Shown: positions 9,511 through 17,821, counted from the first letter of the stretch. The stretch: 32,000 nt of DNA from Candidatus Saccharimonas aalborgensis (GCF_000392435.1 NC_021219.1:270001-302000); one strand, 5' to 3'. Made by a program: numbers and translations. The notes: generated by a model not told the origin, from the sequence alone.

Positions 9511-10289
9511 CGTCGTTCCTTTATTCCTTTCAATTGATCATGGGTGTTGTTGATAATTGTTGAAAAAACATGTGCATCTAGGCTCGCACCGCCTATCAGG
9601 AGTCCGTCGATACCTTGGATACTCAGATAGCTTGCAGCAGTATCAAGCGTCACACTTCCGCCGTACAAAATGCGCACCGACTCCGCAACCTGTTCACCAA
9701 ACAGATGCTTAAGCTGGGTGCGAATCATCTTTGCTGCCGCGCGGACCTCCGTAGGAGAGGCGTTATTGCCAGTACCGATCGCCCACACTGGTTCGTACGC
9801 GATGACAAGTTCGGCAGCTTCTTCACTAGTAATGTTGGCAAGCCCTCCCGTTACTTGATCATGTAGAACATCTCTCGTCTCTCCGGCTACCCGCTCGCTT
9901 ACCGTCTCACCTACACAGAGCACTGGTACGATTCCATTGCGATAGGCGGCTTGAACCTTATGCCGAGTATCTTTGTCATGCTCGTTGAATATGTGGCGGC
10001 GTTCCGAATGACCAACCAACGCATACTGTACGAGACCGCGCAGCTGATGGGCCGATACTTCGCCTGTGAAAGCTCCTTCGTCGCGCCAATAAAAGTTTTG
10101 AGCGGCAAGTTTGAATTGTCGGTAATTTATCTGCAACGAAACTGGCTGAAGAGCCAAATGACTCGGCGCCAAGACTACCTCGACACCTTGGTGTATCTTT
10201 ACAAGATCGGCCAACTTATGCACATACAAACTCGCCTCATGGATGGTGAGGTTCATCTTCCAGTTACCGATGATAAGTTTTTTGCCCAC
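9507..10289 (-). CDS. tpiA: triose-phosphate isomerase
   Basis: 260 aa with IIGNWKMN, GHSERR and AYEPVWAIGTG signatures. Confidence 0.93.
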   Translation of the reverse strand: MGKKLIIGNWKMNLTIHEASLYVHKLADLVKIHQGVEVVLAPSHLALQPVSLQINYRQFKLAAQNFYWRDEGAFTGEVSAHQLRGLVQYALVGHSERRHIFNEHDKDTRHKVQAAYRNGIVPVLCVGETVSERVAGETRDVLHDQVTGGLANITSEEAAELVIAYEPVWAIGTGNNASPTEVRAAAKMIRTQLKHLFGEQVAESVRILYGGSVTLDTAASYLSIQGIDGLLIGGASLDAHVFSTIINNTHDQLKGIKERR

Positions 10290-10335
10290 AGATGATATTG
10301 CTTATGTTCTTTTCTACAGTGTACGCTATTTATGC

Positions 10336-11568
10336 TCAGGCGTCTAGCAGTGCTTCAACCCCTGGCAGTTTTTCTCCCGCCATCAATTCAAGACTGGCCC
10401 CTCCACCAGTTGATACATGCGAGAAACTTTCTCCATGATGCGGGTCCCAGTGAATCACAAAATCCGCCGTATCCCCACCCCCAACAATAGAGGTAATGTC
10501 GGGGTGCCCGGCTAACAGTTGCGCCAAGCGGGTAGAGGCTTGAGCAAATGTAGGCAATTCATCCATGCCGAGAGGACCATTCCAGATAACAGTCCGCGCC
10601 TTCGCAATGATTGACTCCATACGAGCGATTGAATCTGGCCCGATATCAAGTGCATAACTGCCTGCAGGAATTGCTTTTACCGATACATCTAGGCGCGTTG
10701 CCGTCAGCTCCAGCGACGTACCGACACCTACGTCGGTAGGCAAAACAATATAGTTATCGGCATTCTGTCGGCCGACCTTTTGAGCCGCCGCCTCATAGAT
10801 TGCATCGATTGTCTCTGCTTGATCGGGCTCGATATGACTGCTCCCCATGAAGTTACCTCGGCGTGCCAGAAAAGTGTTTGCCATTGCACCGCCAACGATA
10901 ATGGTATCTGCGGCATGTTCAAGTGCTTTGATGATAGGGATTTTGTCACTTACTTTTGCACCACCAAGTACCGCGACGAGTGGTTTCTCTGGATGCTTCA
11001 TCGCCTTTGTGATAACAGAGTACTCCCGCTCCAGGAGCAGACCCGCTACACTAGGCAAAAACTGTGTAATCGCACTGGTACTCGCATGTGCTCGATGTAC
11101 CACCCCAAACCCGTCCTGAACAAAGTAGTCTGCGTGTGTTTGCTTTGCGAGTTGCTGCGCAAAAGCTGAATCATTTGCCTCTTCTCCAGGGTAGAAGCGT
11201 AGGTTTTCGAGCAACGTCACGCTCCCTTTTGGTGCCTTTTTGGTTGCCATAAACACCTTATGTCCAATACAATCGTCAATAAATCTCACCTCTCGCCCGA
11301 GAAGCTCCGAGAGTCGCTTAGCAACGGGCTGCAGCGTATACTGCAGGTCTTTCTTGCCATCCGGGCGTCCCAAATGGCTTATAATCGTCACCGTGCACCC
11401 ATCAGTGAGGAGTGCTTGTACAGTCGCGAGACTCGAACGAATGCGGAAATCATCGGCTATCTGACCATCATCGGTCAGCGGAACATTATAATCCGCGCGC
11501 AAGAGAATGTTTTTGTTTGTGAGCGGTACGTCCGCCATCGTTTTTTTGAAGAAATGTCCACCAGTCAT
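10336..11568 (-). CDS. pgk: phosphoglycerate kinase
   Basis: 410 aa with LRADYNVPL and SHLGRP motifs and a C-terminal STGGGASLE motif. An alternative start at 11538 (MADVPL...) is possible. Confidence 0.92.
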   Translation of the reverse strand: MTGGHFFKKTMADVPLTNKNILLRADYNVPLTDDGQIADDFRIRSSLATVQALLTDGCTVTIISHLGRPDGKKDLQYTLQPVAKRLSELLGREVRFIDDCIGHKVFMATKKAPKGSVTLLENLRFYPGEEANDSAFAQQLAKQTHADYFVQDGFGVVHRAHASTSAITQFLPSVAGLLLEREYSVITKAMKHPEKPLVAVLGGAKVSDKIPIIKALEHAADTIIVGGAMANTFLARRGNFMGSSHIEPDQAETIDAIYEAAAQKVGRQNADNYIVLPTDVGVGTSLELTATRLDVSVKAIPAGSYALDIGPDSIARMESIIAKARTVIWNGPLGMDELPTFAQASTRLAQLLAGHPDITSIVGGGDTADFVIHWDPHHGESFSHVSTGGGASLELMAGEKLPGVEALLDA

Positions 11569-11602
11569 ACCACTTATGGTATCACGAGTTGGGGGACCGA
11601 GA

Positions 11603-13027
11603 CTACTCGATCGTACGAACTTTTATGGTATCTGTTCCCCCGACCTTACCGGGTTGAAGACCGCTCACGATAACGACATTAAATGGTTTGTCCAGTTCAA
11701 AGAAATTGCGTTCCGCCAACTCTTTTGCTAGCTCGTAGCCTACCTCGGTGTTATCGGGACGAATAAAGCTGCGGTTCGCAAAACTGAGAGCAAGCTGTTG
11801 AGCCGAGCGTGGCTCACTTGTGACGCTGATAATGGGCAGGTTGGGACGCCACGCCCCAATATTTGCCGCCGTTGCGCCCGATTTCGTCTCGGCAATGATA
11901 GCAACAGCGTTGATCTCACTAGCAAGGCTAACTGCCGCATGCGAGATAGCATGACGAATCGGCATTTTTTTATCGACAAACAGCGCGTCGTCTAGGCGCG
12001 CTACCCCTGTATTCTCTTGGGTATAGAGAATCGTTTTGCGCATTGCGTCAATCGTCTCGATTGGATACATACCGTTTGCCGTCTCGTCAGACAACATGAC
12101 CGCATCGGCACCCTGAATGACGGCCGTGGCTACATCACTCACCTCAGCACGGGTTGGCTCAGGATTGTCGACCATACTACTCATCATCTGGGTAGCAATG
12201 ATGCTCAATTTACCATGCTTGCGGCAGAGCGCAACAATTTTTTGCTGGATAACTGGCACCATTTCGAGTCCCACCTCTGGAGCAAGATCGCCACGAGCCA
12301 CCATCACGCCATCGCTTACCTTGACGACTTCCTCAAGCACACCGTCCTGAATAGCCGCGCGTGTCTCAATCTTTGCAATCACATGTGCTGCACTGCCGTT
12401 ACTCACCAAGAGCTGACGCAGATTCTGAATATCCTCGGCTGACTGAATAAAACTAAGTGCCACATAGTCTATATCTTTTGTGGCGCCATACTCGATGTCC
12501 TTGATGTCTTTTGGGGTGATAATGTCGCCGCCAAAATCGGTATCAGGTAGGTTGACGCCCTTTTTGCTCATCAAAAACCCGTCGTTTTCAACTTCAACGT
12601 TAACTGCTGTCGCAGAAACAATTTCGGTCACGTGAGTACGAATCTTGCCGTCAAAGAGATAGATGCGTTCACTAACCTTCACCTTTTCGGCAAGATTGTA
12701 TTGCATCGGCAGGGTCAACCCATTGTGTTCTGCTGCGCTGTCGAGAGTCAGAATATCGCCTTTTTTGACCTCTTGATGATTGTCGTTGAGCACACCCAGA
12801 CGCACCTTTGGACCCTGGAGGTCTTCAACAATCGCCACTGGGCGACCTTTTCGCTTGCTTACCTCACGAATCCACTCGATTTGCCGATCTCGCTCCTCGT
12901 AGGTACCGTGAGAAAAGTTCATTCGATAGCCGTTGACACCGGCATCAAACATTTGCTCAATTTTTTCATGTGAGTTGGTAGCTGGACCAACACCGGCAAG
13001 GATTTTGGTTCGTTTTAGTATGTGCAT
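11603..13027 (-). CDS. pyk: pyruvate kinase
   Basis: I moved the start to ATG 13027 (MHILKRTKILAGVGPAT...NFSHG...), giving 474 aa. It has the MVARGDL and IATQMM motifs. The longer track ORF (to 13192) overlaps the upstream GH5 gene and looks non-coding. Confidence 0.9.
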   Translation of the reverse strand: MHILKRTKILAGVGPATNSHEKIEQMFDAGVNGYRMNFSHGTYEERDRQIEWIREVSKRKGRPVAIVEDLQGPKVRLGVLNDNHQEVKKGDILTLDSAAEHNGLTLPMQYNLAEKVKVSERIYLFDGKIRTHVTEIVSATAVNVEVENDGFLMSKKGVNLPDTDFGGDIITPKDIKDIEYGATKDIDYVALSFIQSAEDIQNLRQLLVSNGSAAHVIAKIETRAAIQDGVLEEVVKVSDGVMVARGDLAPEVGLEMVPVIQQKIVALCRKHGKLSIIATQMMSSMVDNPEPTRAEVSDVATAVIQGADAVMLSDETANGMYPIETIDAMRKTILYTQENTGVARLDDALFVDKKMPIRHAISHAAVSLASEINAVAIIAETKSGATAANIGAWRPNLPIISVTSEPRSAQQLALSFANRSFIRPDNTEVGYELAKELAERNFFELDKPFNVVIVSGLQPGKVGGTDTIKVRTIE

Positions 13028-13061
13028 AGGGTCTCCACTATAGCAACTCTCCGCAATTTGA

Positions 13062-14066
13062 TCAAGACTTCCTAAGGGGTAAGTGGCCGTCTTCAACCAT
13101 TGACCTGAAATGCCAGACTCCTCGCTCCTGGGTCTTGTAACTCCAATAAAACCATGCATCTGCCCGCTCATAGACCTTGAGCTGACGTGCAATATGCTCA
13201 GCCACTATGGCTGCATGCTCGCTCTCGGGGTACTTTCTCAGTAGCTCGCCGCTCAGTACCCCACTCCACTCGCCCACAATTACTCCCTGCCAGCGTTTCA
13301 GGCGGATAAGCAACCGCCGGTGAGTAGGTAGTACAAGCCGATAATACCAAGCAGGAGACACCCAGCGGTGAAGGGGAAAAAATCCATGATACCAATGAAT
13401 ATCCATCACGACTGGCTGATGCTTGCTATTCCAAATGGCTCCAGACAACATACGGGGACTAAATGCATCGTGAAATACAATGTTTACGTGAGGTGGTAGT
13501 ATGTCCGCTAATACCCTATAGGCGTGGTTATAAAACCGCCTCAGTTTCCACTGTATAATTCCCACTCGAGGCTCGTTGAGAAGCTCTAGTCCCCAGAGTG
13601 CGGCCTTGTTACCATATCGATCAGCCAAACGACATAAGATATCGATTGTCTGCTGCCGATAGACGGCAGAGCGATACCAATTCGCCTTTCCCACCTTACC
13701 GCTGTGATCTTGACCGTTTTGACTCCCAGGCGCACCGTGCAGGCAGAGCAAAATACCGATCTGGTATTTTGCAGCCATACGAAACGCCCAATCCAACCGC
13801 TTAATCGCCGAGATATAGGGCCCATCACCGTCAAGTATCCAATAACCAACTGGTATGCGAACCAGTTTGATACCATGACTACTCATCCACTGCCAATCTT
13901 CTTCACCGATAAACGTATTGTGATGCTTGCGCAACCTTGCGCGAGCACCAGGGTACTGCAAAAAAGTATATTCATCTACTGCATCAGTATCGGCAAACAG
14001 GTCCGGCGTCATCCACTTTTCTAAGACGAGCCAGCCACCAAGATTGACACCCTGCAAGGCCATCAC
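13062..14066 (-). CDS. glycoside hydrolase family 5-like (beta-glucanase/cellulase-type)
   Basis: 334 aa. The N-terminal GVNLGGWLVLEKWMTP and the catalytic-type ELLNEP motif are typical of GH5 exo-beta-1,3-glucanase-like enzymes. No signal peptide is evident. Confidence 0.7.
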   Translation of the reverse strand: MMALQGVNLGGWLVLEKWMTPDLFADTDAVDEYTFLQYPGARARLRKHHNTFIGEEDWQWMSSHGIKLVRIPVGYWILDGDGPYISAIKRLDWAFRMAAKYQIGILLCLHGAPGSQNGQDHSGKVGKANWYRSAVYRQQTIDILCRLADRYGNKAALWGLELLNEPRVGIIQWKLRRFYNHAYRVLADILPPHVNIVFHDAFSPRMLSGAIWNSKHQPVVMDIHWYHGFFPLHRWVSPAWYYRLVLPTHRRLLIRLKRWQGVIVGEWSGVLSGELLRKYPESEHAAIVAEHIARQLKVYERADAWFYWSYKTQERGVWHFRSMVEDGHLPLRKS

Positions 14067-14073
14067 TCAATAC

Positions 14074-14793
14074 CTATCCCGCCTGAGTTCCAAACAACGT
14101 ACCGATACCATAAGTGATAAGCATCGCCAGTAGTCCCCCCACCACGACGCGCATAATCGCCCTTAGCTTTGACGCATTGCCAGCAACTGCAGAGATATAT
14201 CCCACCCCAATAAGGCACAGCAATACCGCCACAATCGTCGCCAGTACCCGCATATGCACCGGAAATAGTACGATCGTCAAAAATGGTACAAGCCCACCCG
14301 CCGTAAAGGCGAGGAGTGAGGCAATGGCCGCATGCATCGGACTATTGATATCTTCAGGATCAAGATTGAAATGCACGTGCAGATGAGCCTTCAGCGCATT
14401 TTTCTCAGTCAGTTCTGCAGCGACTCTGTGTGAGGTCTGCTTTGAGAGACCGAGTTTTTGATATTCCCGCGCCAGCTCGTCGAGCTCGTCTTCGGGGTTG
14501 TCTTTCAGATCAGCCTTTTCCAGCTCGATATAGGCTTTCTCGGCGTCACTCTGACTGCTGACGCTCACATACTCGCCTACCGCCATACTGAGAGCACCTG
14601 CGATCAGTGCCGCCAGGCCGGCAATCAATATCGATCGGCTATCGCTTGTCGCTCCGGCTACACCCATGACGAGGCTTGAGATGCTGACGATACCGTCGTT
14701 TGCCCCAAGCACTGCCGCTCGCAATTTGTTCAGTTTACCGTTATTCGCCATATCAGAGGGCAAATCATATTTTGTGTTGTCGTATTCGGCCAT
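14074..14793 (-). CDS. VIT1/CCC1-family iron/manganese transporter
   Basis: I moved the start to ATG 14793, which is preceded by AAGGAG; this gives 239 aa. It has LRAAVLGANDGIVSISSLVMGVAG, a cytosolic acidic helical insert, and C-terminal transmembrane helices, as in the VIT family. Confidence 0.8.
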   Translation of the reverse strand: MAEYDNTKYDLPSDMANNGKLNKLRAAVLGANDGIVSISSLVMGVAGATSDSRSILIAGLAALIAGALSMAVGEYVSVSSQSDAEKAYIELEKADLKDNPEDELDELAREYQKLGLSKQTSHRVAAELTEKNALKAHLHVHFNLDPEDINSPMHAAIASLLAFTAGGLVPFLTIVLFPVHMRVLATIVAVLLCLIGVGYISAVAGNASKLRAIMRVVVGGLLAMLITYGIGTLFGTQAG

Positions 14794-14980
14794 GGATTCT
14801 CCTTGTATCTCCCTAAGAGTATACCTTGTTTTCGCCGTATCATAAAACAGTTCTCTACATGATAAATACAATTATTACTCATTGTTGTCAAGTCAACATC
14901 GCCCCTCTCTATTTTTGGTGAACGATGCTATTTAAAGATACGAATGCTATGTGTTGTGGGGTTGACATCGGGGGGGTTCG

Positions 14981-14999
14981 TGGTAATCCCACCGGGAAT
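14981..14999 (-). pseudogene. orphan 3' fragment of tRNA-Glu (T-loop end, T stem, acceptor strand, CCA)
   Basis: The minus-strand sequence ATTCCCGGTGGGATTACCA matches the 3' end of the intact tRNA-Glu (ATTCCCGGTGGGATCACCA) at 18/19 positions. It lies 145 nt downstream of the intact gene. Confidence 0.7.
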
Positions 15000-15109
15000 A
15001 TCTAAAGATGTAAACCATCCTCACTCGGAAAAATAAGCAAGCTGATTTTTCTCTCATTTCGTCGGTTTATCGAACCCTCCAGGTTCGGTTTCATGACTGA
15101 AACCAACCA

Positions 15110-15144
15110 GAGAAAAAACACCACGCAAGGTGATGTTTTTTCTC
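15110..15144 (-). terminator. 15-bp hairpin immediately after tRNA-Glu CCA (putative terminator/processing stem)
   Basis: Stem arms are GAGAAAAAACACCAC (15110-15124) and GTGATGTTTTTTCTC (15130-15144) with a 5-nt loop. The stem contains one G-U pair and a U6 run. Confidence 0.4.
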
Positions 15145-15219
15145 TGGTGATCCCACCGGGAATCGAACCCGGATTGCCAGGATGAAAACCTGGTGTCCTA
15201 ACCGTTAGACGATGGGACC
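15145..15219 (-). tRNA. tRNA-Glu (anticodon UUC)
   Basis: Minus strand: GGTCCCATCGTCTAACGGTTAGGACACCAGGTTTTCATCCTGGCAATCCGGGTTCGATTCCCGGTGGGATCACCA. It folds as a cloverleaf with the anticodon loop TTTTCAT (TTC), a GTTCGATT T-loop and an encoded CCA. TATAAT lies ~9 nt upstream. Confidence 0.9.
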
Positions 15220-15264
15220 GTAATTATATTGTAAGATACTTTAGTTCGATTCCGCGCGGGAATC

Positions 15265-15354
15265 GGCCACCTTGCCGGCGGCCCCGCCTCGACCCACTTG
15301 AAGCATAGCTTCAAATCGGTCTCCGGCCTTGCGAAGTGCCACTGGCACTTCTCA
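15265..15354 (-). repeat. tRNA-associated structured repeat, copy A (~90 nt)
   Basis: Minus strand: TGAGAAGTGCCAGTGGCACTTCGCAAGGCCGGAGACCGATTTGAAGCTATGCTTCAAGTGGGTCGAGGCGGGGCCGCCGGCAAGGTGGCC. It is homologous to copies at 25967-26055 and 26280-26367 and shares three hairpins with them. Confidence 0.75.
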
Positions 15355-15406
15355 CCCGGATTGCCAGGATGAAAACCTGGTGTCCTAACCGTTAGACGAT
15401 GGGACC
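15355..15406 (-). pseudogene. 5' fragment of tRNA-Glu (first 52 nt, through 5' strand of T stem)
   Basis: It is identical to nt 1-52 of the intact tRNA-Glu. It is then interrupted by repeat copy A. After the repeat only CGATTCCCG resembles tRNA, and then the sequence diverges. Confidence 0.75.
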
Positions 15407-15565
15407 ATCGTGCCGCGAAATTGGCTCCCGTTATTCTATCAAATCTATAAAGACATATCAAGAAAAATATATTCGAAATAACATTTTTAGTTATTTTGCA
15501 ACATATTTTGCCCATCACCCCTGTTATACACTATAGCCATAAGCGTTAAAACATGGCAAAATATA

Positions 15566-15594
15566 TTGACATATAAGCATATTTGTGATAGAAT
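15566..15594 (+). promoter_or_regulatory. sigma70-type promoter (TTGACA-17-TAGAAT with TG extension)
   Basis: The -35 is TTGACA at 15566-15571, the spacer is 17 nt, and TGATAGAAT carries the -10 at 15589-15594. It faces the high-GC island. Confidence 0.5.
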
Positions 15595-15944
15595 GTAATG
15601 GTCACTGGGCGTGAGGTGGAAGCCACGACCTAGCGGAGGATCGTTGACAATCAGGCTATACCTTATAGGTACGAATTGCCTGTGTATGCGGCCACGAGAA
15701 TAGGACGTCACCAAGCCATCATTCTTTTCCTATTTTTGTGGCTGCATATGCAGCATGAAGTACACTTGAGAATACAATCAAATCTGGTTGTTCTCCTTTA
15801 GCGCCATTGCTCATCAGCAAGGGGTACGCACGTCATACGTGTGTGTCACCGGCCGATGAGCAATGCGCAAGCTCGTCGACCGGCATCTCTGCCCCATCAT
15901 ACAAGTTGGGGCACCCGCCCCTCGACCAGTCCAGGAGGACAATC

Positions 15945-16373
15945 ATGAACAACGCAACCCGTCAGCACTACTTCCGTGCCCTCCTCGCCGCGCTCAACGC
16001 CGGCGACGAGCGGTACTGGGCCACGAAGGCCGAAGCCTTCGTAGTGGAGCTCGCAAAGGGCGACAAGGCCCTTGCGGACTTCGTCGCGGCCGTCAAGGCC
16101 GCGACTCCGCCCGGCTCCAACACGTACTTCGCGACGTTCAGCGCCCTCATCCATCAGGTCGCCAACACTGGCGACCTCGGGCGTGGCATCGCCCTCGGCC
16201 GCCAGATCGCCGGTATCAGCGCGTCCACGAACCCCTACGACCCGCAGCCCAAGGGCCCCGGCGTCGTCGGGGCGTTCAAGGACAGCTACCACAAGGGCCG
16301 CGACAAGGCGCGCTCGCGCGCCGTCCGTCCCACGGCTCCCGCTGCCGGCACCCGCCGGCGAGTCGGTCTCTGA
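15945..16373 (+). CDS. hypothetical protein (high-GC island gene 1)
   Basis: ATG at 15945 follows AGGAGG (15933-15938); 142 aa (MNNATRQHYFRALLAALNAGDERYWATKAEAF...). Third codon positions are almost all G/C in this frame. The C-terminus is basic. No motif recognised. Confidence 0.65.
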   Translation: MNNATRQHYFRALLAALNAGDERYWATKAEAFVVELAKGDKALADFVAAVKAATPPGSNTYFATFSALIHQVANTGDLGRGIALGRQIAGISASTNPYDPQPKGPGVVGAFKDSYHKGRDKARSRAVRPTAPAAGTRRRVGL

Positions 16374-16399
16374 ACACCCACTAGAAGAAGGGAGAAGGC

Positions 16400-17821
16400 A
16401 TGGACTTCATGCCGCAGTGGCCCACCTGGATCGTCTCCGGTGGGTGGCTCATCGTCCTCGCGATGGTGGCGTGTGCCATCATCGCGACCCGCATCAACCG
16501 AACGGCGGGCATCCTGCTCGGCGCCCTGGTGTTTTTCGCCGGGTTCGCCTGGGTCGCCCCCGTCTGGCTGACCTTCCTGTTCGTCATCTTGGCCGTGATC
16601 GGGCTCATCACCTGGCTCACGCAGGGCGGCGACAAGAACTACCTCAGTCTCGGTGCAATCGGAGCGCTGATCATCAGCGCGCTCCTGGCCTCGAACCTCG
16701 CCGCGGGATGGCCCCAATGGTCCAACCCGCTCGGCTGGTTCAACCGGGACGAGCCGGTTGTCAACCTGTCCGTCGGTCCCAACAGCCTCATCCCCGACTC
16801 CGCCAAGTGCGAGAGCAAGGTCTACACGGCCAAGTCTCTCGTCAAGGTCGGGCCGTCGGGCCGGCTGTGGGCCGACGGCGTGTCGACGCCGTTCGTCGCC
16901 ACCGACAACGACGGACGCCTCGGTGAGACGCTCGACGAGGTCTGTGGCAACACGACCCTCGGCGATGCCTATGCCCAGGCTCTGGTCGACCCGCACGCCA
17001 CGATCAACGGCGTGCCGATCGTCGACCGCAACCTGTGGCTTCGCGACATGCTCGCGAAGTCCCAGGCCAAGGGCCTGAGGGCGGCGTGGCTCACCTACCG
17101 CTTGGGCGACGACGGCAAAATCATCACGGACGCCAACGGCAAACCGGTCATCTACGTGACCGACGAGTACAGCCACTACGCGTCCATGATCAACACCCTC
17201 CTGCTCGGGCTCGAGAACCAGGGCACCAAGGACGGTACGTCCATCGTGCACTGGCCCCTCATGGCCCTGACGGCCGATGAGCTGCCGCGCGCCAGCGCCG
17301 TCACCGACCCGAAGAAGCAGGATGGGAGGCCGTTCCTCGCCCTGACCTTCACCCAGAAGGACGGCGAGGCCTGCCCCTTCGTCCTGGCCATCAACATCCA
17401 GGACAAGCGGCCGGAGTATGTCGGCTGCGAGAAGGCCAAGGTGATCGCCCCCGCGCGCGTCACCACGGTCTCCAAGCAGGCGAAGGCCAAGACCACGGTG
17501 CGCCGCACTGTGGTGCACACCTGCGCCGAGCGCGGAATGACCGGCACCTACCCGCTCTGCACCGAGCCCAAGAAGCCCGGTCAGGACGGTGGTGCCTCGG
17601 GTGGGAACGCCAACCCCGGCACGGACGAGTCTGTCGCGCCGACGGACGCTGGTCAGCCCCCGGCGGTCTACACACCGCCGGCAGTGCCGGCTCCGCCCGT
17701 CGTGGACACGCCTCCGGCCCCCACGCCGGAGCAGCAGGCCCCCAAGCCGGACAAGCCGGCCACGGGCGTCAGCTGCCCGCCGGGCCTGCATGACAATGGT
17801 CACGGCGTCTGCACGACGTGA
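16400..17821 (+). CDS. hypothetical multi-pass membrane protein with Pro-rich C-terminus (high-GC island gene 2)
   Basis: 473 aa, with GGGAGAAGG preceding the ATG and strong GC3 bias in this frame. About four N-terminal transmembrane helices are followed by a ~300-aa soluble region with conserved-looking Cys. The tail is PPAVYTPPAVPAPPVVDTPPAPTPEQQAPKPDKP, ending CPPGLHDNGHGVC. Confidence 0.7.
   Translation: MDFMPQWPTWIVSGGWLIVLAMVACAIIATRINRTAGILLGALVFFAGFAWVAPVWLTFLFVILAVIGLITWLTQGGDKNYLSLGAIGALIISALLASNLAAGWPQWSNPLGWFNRDEPVVNLSVGPNSLIPDSAKCESKVYTAKSLVKVGPSGRLWADGVSTPFVATDNDGRLGETLDEVCGNTTLGDAYAQALVDPHATINGVPIVDRNLWLRDMLAKSQAKGLRAAWLTYRLGDDGKIITDANGKPVIYVTDEYSHYASMINTLLLGLENQGTKDGTSIVHWPLMALTADELPRASAVTDPKKQDGRPFLALTFTQKDGEACPFVLAINIQDKRPEYVGCEKAKVIAPARVTTVSKQAKAKTTVRRTVVHTCAERGMTGTYPLCTEPKKPGQDGGASGGNANPGTDESVAPTDAGQPPAVYTPPAVPAPPVVDTPPAPTPEQQAPKPDKPATGVSCPPGLHDNGHGVCTT

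Noticed and set aside
15265-15406. The ~90-nt element as a genuine intron in the T loop of a functional tRNA-Glu (likewise for tRNA-Lys), or as halves of split tRNAs.
   Set aside because: Downstream of the element only 8-9 nt of tRNA sequence remain before divergence, so the acceptor 3' strand is missing. An intact tRNA with its own promoter sits next door. The interrupted copies therefore look like decayed pseudogenes. The element also lacks the hammerhead core (CUGAUGA...GAAA) and is far too short for a group I or II intron.
15198-15518. Track ORFs overlapping the tRNA loci (15198-15518 -, 15487-15714 -, 26139-26381 +).
   Set aside because: They are read through tRNA genes, tRNA fragments and the structured repeats. 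They have no ribosome-binding site and implausible composition, so they are spurious.
15601-15700. Possible ZTP (pfl) riboswitch: GGTCACTGGGCGTGAGGTGGAAGCCACGACC resembles the 5' subdomain (UGACUGGCG ... GGUGGAA..CCAC).
   Set aside because: I could not find the obligatory 3' subdomain (CCGxCUGGGC pseudoknot partner). The downstream genes are also not purine or folate genes. The resemblance is too partial to call.
16286-17803. 505-aa antisense ORF, plus other long overlapping ORFs in the high-GC island (16072-16926 +, 15863-16384 +, 15897-16292 -, 17589-17921 +).
   Set aside because: Stop codons are rare in high-GC DNA, so all frames stay open. These translations are Arg/Gly/Pro/Asp-rich junk. 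Their frames do not place G/C at the third codon position, whereas the frames 15945-16373 and 16400-17821 do, and those also have ribosome-binding sites and plausible protein features.
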